A stretch of DNA of 24,364 nt from NCBI GenBank assembly GCA_002269645.1, contig NIVC01003380.1, positions 76,429 to 100,792 on the forward strand. Reading direction: 5' to 3'. Shown here piece by piece: positions 21,591-24,364 of the stretch. How positions within the stretch are numbered: the first letter of the stretch is position 1; each line of letters opens with the position of its first letter. Both the position numbers and the translations under genes were made by a program. The notes beneath the pieces were generated by a model. The model saw only the letters and a program-made list of their open reading frames with translations. It searched no databases and had not been told where the DNA came from. This DNA is from Macrostomum lignano. Lineage: Eukaryota.

Positions 21591-22206
21591 TGATGAGGAC
21601 GCACTTTTTCCCAAATCCCGCGCTAGCACATGGGCTCTAAACTTACTAGCCTACTAACAGTGGGCACTGGGCATTTTTATCCTTTTTCTGCGAATTTTCA
21701 TGGAATCTATACTAGATATAATGTCTGGCCATACTAGTAGTCATAATAACATAGGCATTGCTTTTGGGTCATAAATCATCGCTTTCGAAGCTGGTCTGAC
21801 AGCCACCTGCGCCTCACTCAGTGTTGAGGCGGGCGCCAGATGGTCTGAGAGGATGCGGGCGGTAGCTTTTTTCTCATCATCTTGACAGGCCAACAAGATT
21901 TATGAGGTCAGAGCCTATTGTTCGGATTCACTCAAGCGTGTGACAGCTTTGACAGCTATGCGTTTTACCCCTAAAAGTACCTTGGGATTAGCGATTAGCG
22001 ATTTCTCTTCATTATCTTCACTTTCTATTTAATAAGAGCTTTCTAATGTATATTTTTTCATTAATTTCTGTCAATCCTACGCGAAAGGTCATAAATCATT
22101 TTGTTGCGATTTTGAGTGATTTATGGCCGCACCTGTCATCTTTTTACGACCCTGTGGGAACTGATAGGATCTCTCGGTCACGTGATTCTGGGTAGCAACA
22201 AGCTTA

Positions 22207-22309
22207 GCCAATCAGAAAATTCGGCGCTCATTTTAACAAAACGGCTCAGCCAATCAGAATCGACGTGTTCCATTATAACAAACTGCGGTCCAGTTGGCGG
22301 CTATTTAAA
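22207..22309 (+). promoter_or_regulatory. Pol II promoter-like module: two CCAAT boxes and a TATA-like box
   Basis: gccaatcagaa at 22207 and 22249; tatttaaa at 22302-22309, followed by a GC-rich tract. Activity is unknown. Confidence 0.4.
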
Positions 22310-23574
22310 CCGGAGTTTCTGGCCCGCTCGGAGGCATCTCTTGCTCGGGCCCAGCACGCAACTTCTGGTTCCCGGAGCGCGACCGTCGTTTCTTGATCCC
22401 GGATTGCGACTTTCCCCCATCATCATCAAGGACGAATCCCCGGTCGTCAGCAGCGAACATCAAGCGAAGATCATCACCTGCTAGCTATCAGCGAAGATTG
22501 TGTCAGCATCATCCCGAGTCTACGGCTACAGAGCATCGAGCCGATTCGGTCACTGTGGATTACCTGGTCTCCGGCTGTTGAGTTTCTGATTGGTTGGGTG
22601 AGAGGCTACATAGACTTGCTTGATTGGGTGATCCCTTATCTGTCCCCTGTTGCAGTAGCTGAATTAGGCGCACACTTTTGCTCATTTTGTTCAGTAGTGC
22701 TGTTGCTGAGGCAGAAATCATTCAATAATACTGCTAGTAGTCGAAGGCTCCAATTCAATCTGAAGTGTGAAGTGAACTAAGGAGAAGGTTAAATCTAACA
22801 GTTATTTTTATCGGTTTTAGTTCTTTGTTCGCCGATGGCTCAGATGAGTAGCTAAGCTAGTAGGCGCCGGTCACAGTGGACCAATGGCAAGGCAGTTCTC
22901 AGTCGACCAATCTATCAAATCAGTGAGCAAAACTGCCAGAAGTGCAGAATCGGCGCCAGAGATGTACTTTGTGCACTCTAGGGTAGCCAAGCGGCTCGGG
23001 TAAATGAATTATGCGGTCTCTGAAGTTCGAGTTAGTCTATCATCAGCGCCATGGGAGGCTAGTTGGCGCGTTGAAGGCCAAAAGTACATATCTTCGTATT
23101 TAGCAATGTAATAGTACATGTAGCTACCCCATAGACTCGCCACTGCAAGAATCCCCTGCACAAGTCCCCTCTGTACCTGCATGGCCAATGCGATCTAGTC
23201 CCAGCAGTGTCCTTATCATCGGCTATGACTTTGAGATGGACAGCAAAAAGACACTAGCTGGCAGGTAGGTGCAAAGCCCCTTCTAGTCGGAAGCCCGATT
23301 TCGAGAGTCCCGGTGTGGTGAGCCAGGGCGCACGGGCTGGTGGCAGCAAGTTAGTTGATCTGCGGATTAGCTAATTTCTACTTTCAAAATTCTCCCTGCT
23401 CGTCTCTCGCTGTCCCTCCCTTAGCTATAGGACCTAGACTGCTCGCCACACGATCAAGCTACCATGGGGCTGACCATCTGACAGGAGTGGGGGGCCAGGT
23501 CTCTAATAGATTTATTTCTGAGCCTGAGCCCGAAGGCTTCCCTAACAAGGAGCCCGAAGGCCGAAACCCATCAC

Positions 23575-23716
23575 TTGTTTGAAACAAGGAAACGTAAGAT
23601 TTCGTCACGCAAACAAGATTCATACAAGATAACATTTTGCATAACCGGAATAGGGCATGTTATCTTGTTTGAGCGAATGTTATCTTGTGGTGTTATCTGG
23701 TTTATTTACCAGAGGG
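23575..23716. repeat. Right subterminal repeats and TIR of the 5.3-kb element
   Basis: aaacaag/caagataac/gttatcttg motifs in both orientations leading into the TIR. Confidence 0.75.
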
Positions 23717-24036
23717 GTGCCTCAAGCTTTTTAGCTTCTGCTTGAACACTCTATGGCAGCAGAGCTGCTGTGGGAGGTAATGGGTGTGAGCAAAAATAGG
23801 CACGGGAGGCTAGTGGTTAAGATTACTCTACCTTCCTATTCCATTAGGCTTTTCGGGAGACGGGGGTAGAGCTTAACTCCCACTTATCCCACTTACCACT
23901 TAACTCCCCCAACTATTAGGCACCCGGCTTTCATTCAATTCCCTATTAAGCGCATCCCTCCATGTCAGCGTCCCTTATCAGTTATTAGAATTCCCCTAGT
24001 GCGCCAGTTTCCCAAGCAACTCTGATCCACGCGAAG

Positions 24037-24092
24037 CCTTATTCCCTTCCCCTCCTTATTTCCCTTCCATCCTTATTCCCTTCCCCTCCTTA
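24037..24092. repeat. Pyrimidine-rich low-complexity repeat (ccttattcccttcc[cct])
   Basis: About three imperfect tandem copies, read directly. Confidence 0.6.
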
Positions 24093-24364
24093 GATATCCG
24101 GACTGAGTAGAAATATAGTGCCTTGCCGCTCGGACACACCGCCACCAGGAGCAACCTAAGGCTACTCCTTCTAGTAGTAGAAATTGTATATTTCTTTCCA
24201 AATCCTAAGAAATCCCGGCAACCCCGACCCTCTTACAACAAATTTGATTGCAGCATTGGGATTGTTAAACATAGAGCTAAGAGGCCTGTAACACTTCTAG
24301 CTATCAATATTTGCTTCTAATAGCTACTGCTGTACTGTACATAATAAATACCGCATATTTGTTA

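Larger units (their letters stand above)
18384..23716. mobile_element. Complete 5.3-kb TIR DNA element, CMC/EnSpm-like, apparently non-autonomous
   Basis: Left end ccctctggtaaataaaccagataacaccacaagataa (from 18384) is the exact reverse complement of the right end ttatcttgtggtgttatctggtttatttaccagaggg (to 23716). The dinucleotide gt flanks both sides (18382-83, 23717-18). Subterminal repeats of (aaac)aagataac/gaatcttgtttg occur at both ends. No transposase ORF recognised. Confidence 0.85.

Noticed and set aside
21766-22128. Nested MITE bounded by ggtcataaatca / tgatttatggcc
   Set aside because: Only ~12-bp imperfect arms, no TSD, and the same motif also forms a local hairpin at 22087-22128.

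Overview
Eukaryotic (invertebrate-like) genomic DNA: AT-rich introns and intergenic sequence, GC-rich exons, many transposons; no prokaryotic features. In order: (1) right end of a probable CMC/EnSpm-type DNA transposon with a spliced DUF4806-like gene (1-1652); (2) an intronless, secreted-type M1 aminopeptidase N pseudogene on the minus strand (3021-6777), hit by a 338-bp solo LTR and by a 569-bp MITE (perfect 80-bp TIRs, 8-bp TSD) inside the HEXXH codons, placed so that GC-AG splicing would restore the motif exactly; (3) a 5'-truncated RT-RNase H non-LTR retrotransposon with 13-bp TSD (7613-9291) and an adjacent tRNA-derived SINE; (4) two tandem 4-exon paralogs encoding signal peptide + PAN/apple-like module + ALK/LTK-type glycine-rich domain, with no TM or kinase (10543-12247 with two 1-bp deletions; 14031-16361 intact, 391 aa), sharing a sharply bounded ~98% identical tract; (5) a 19-bp minisatellite; (6) a complete 5.3-kb TIR element (18384-23716, 2-bp TSD) holding several tandem arrays and no recognisable transposase. 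All family assignments come from manual motif recognition; no database searches were run.
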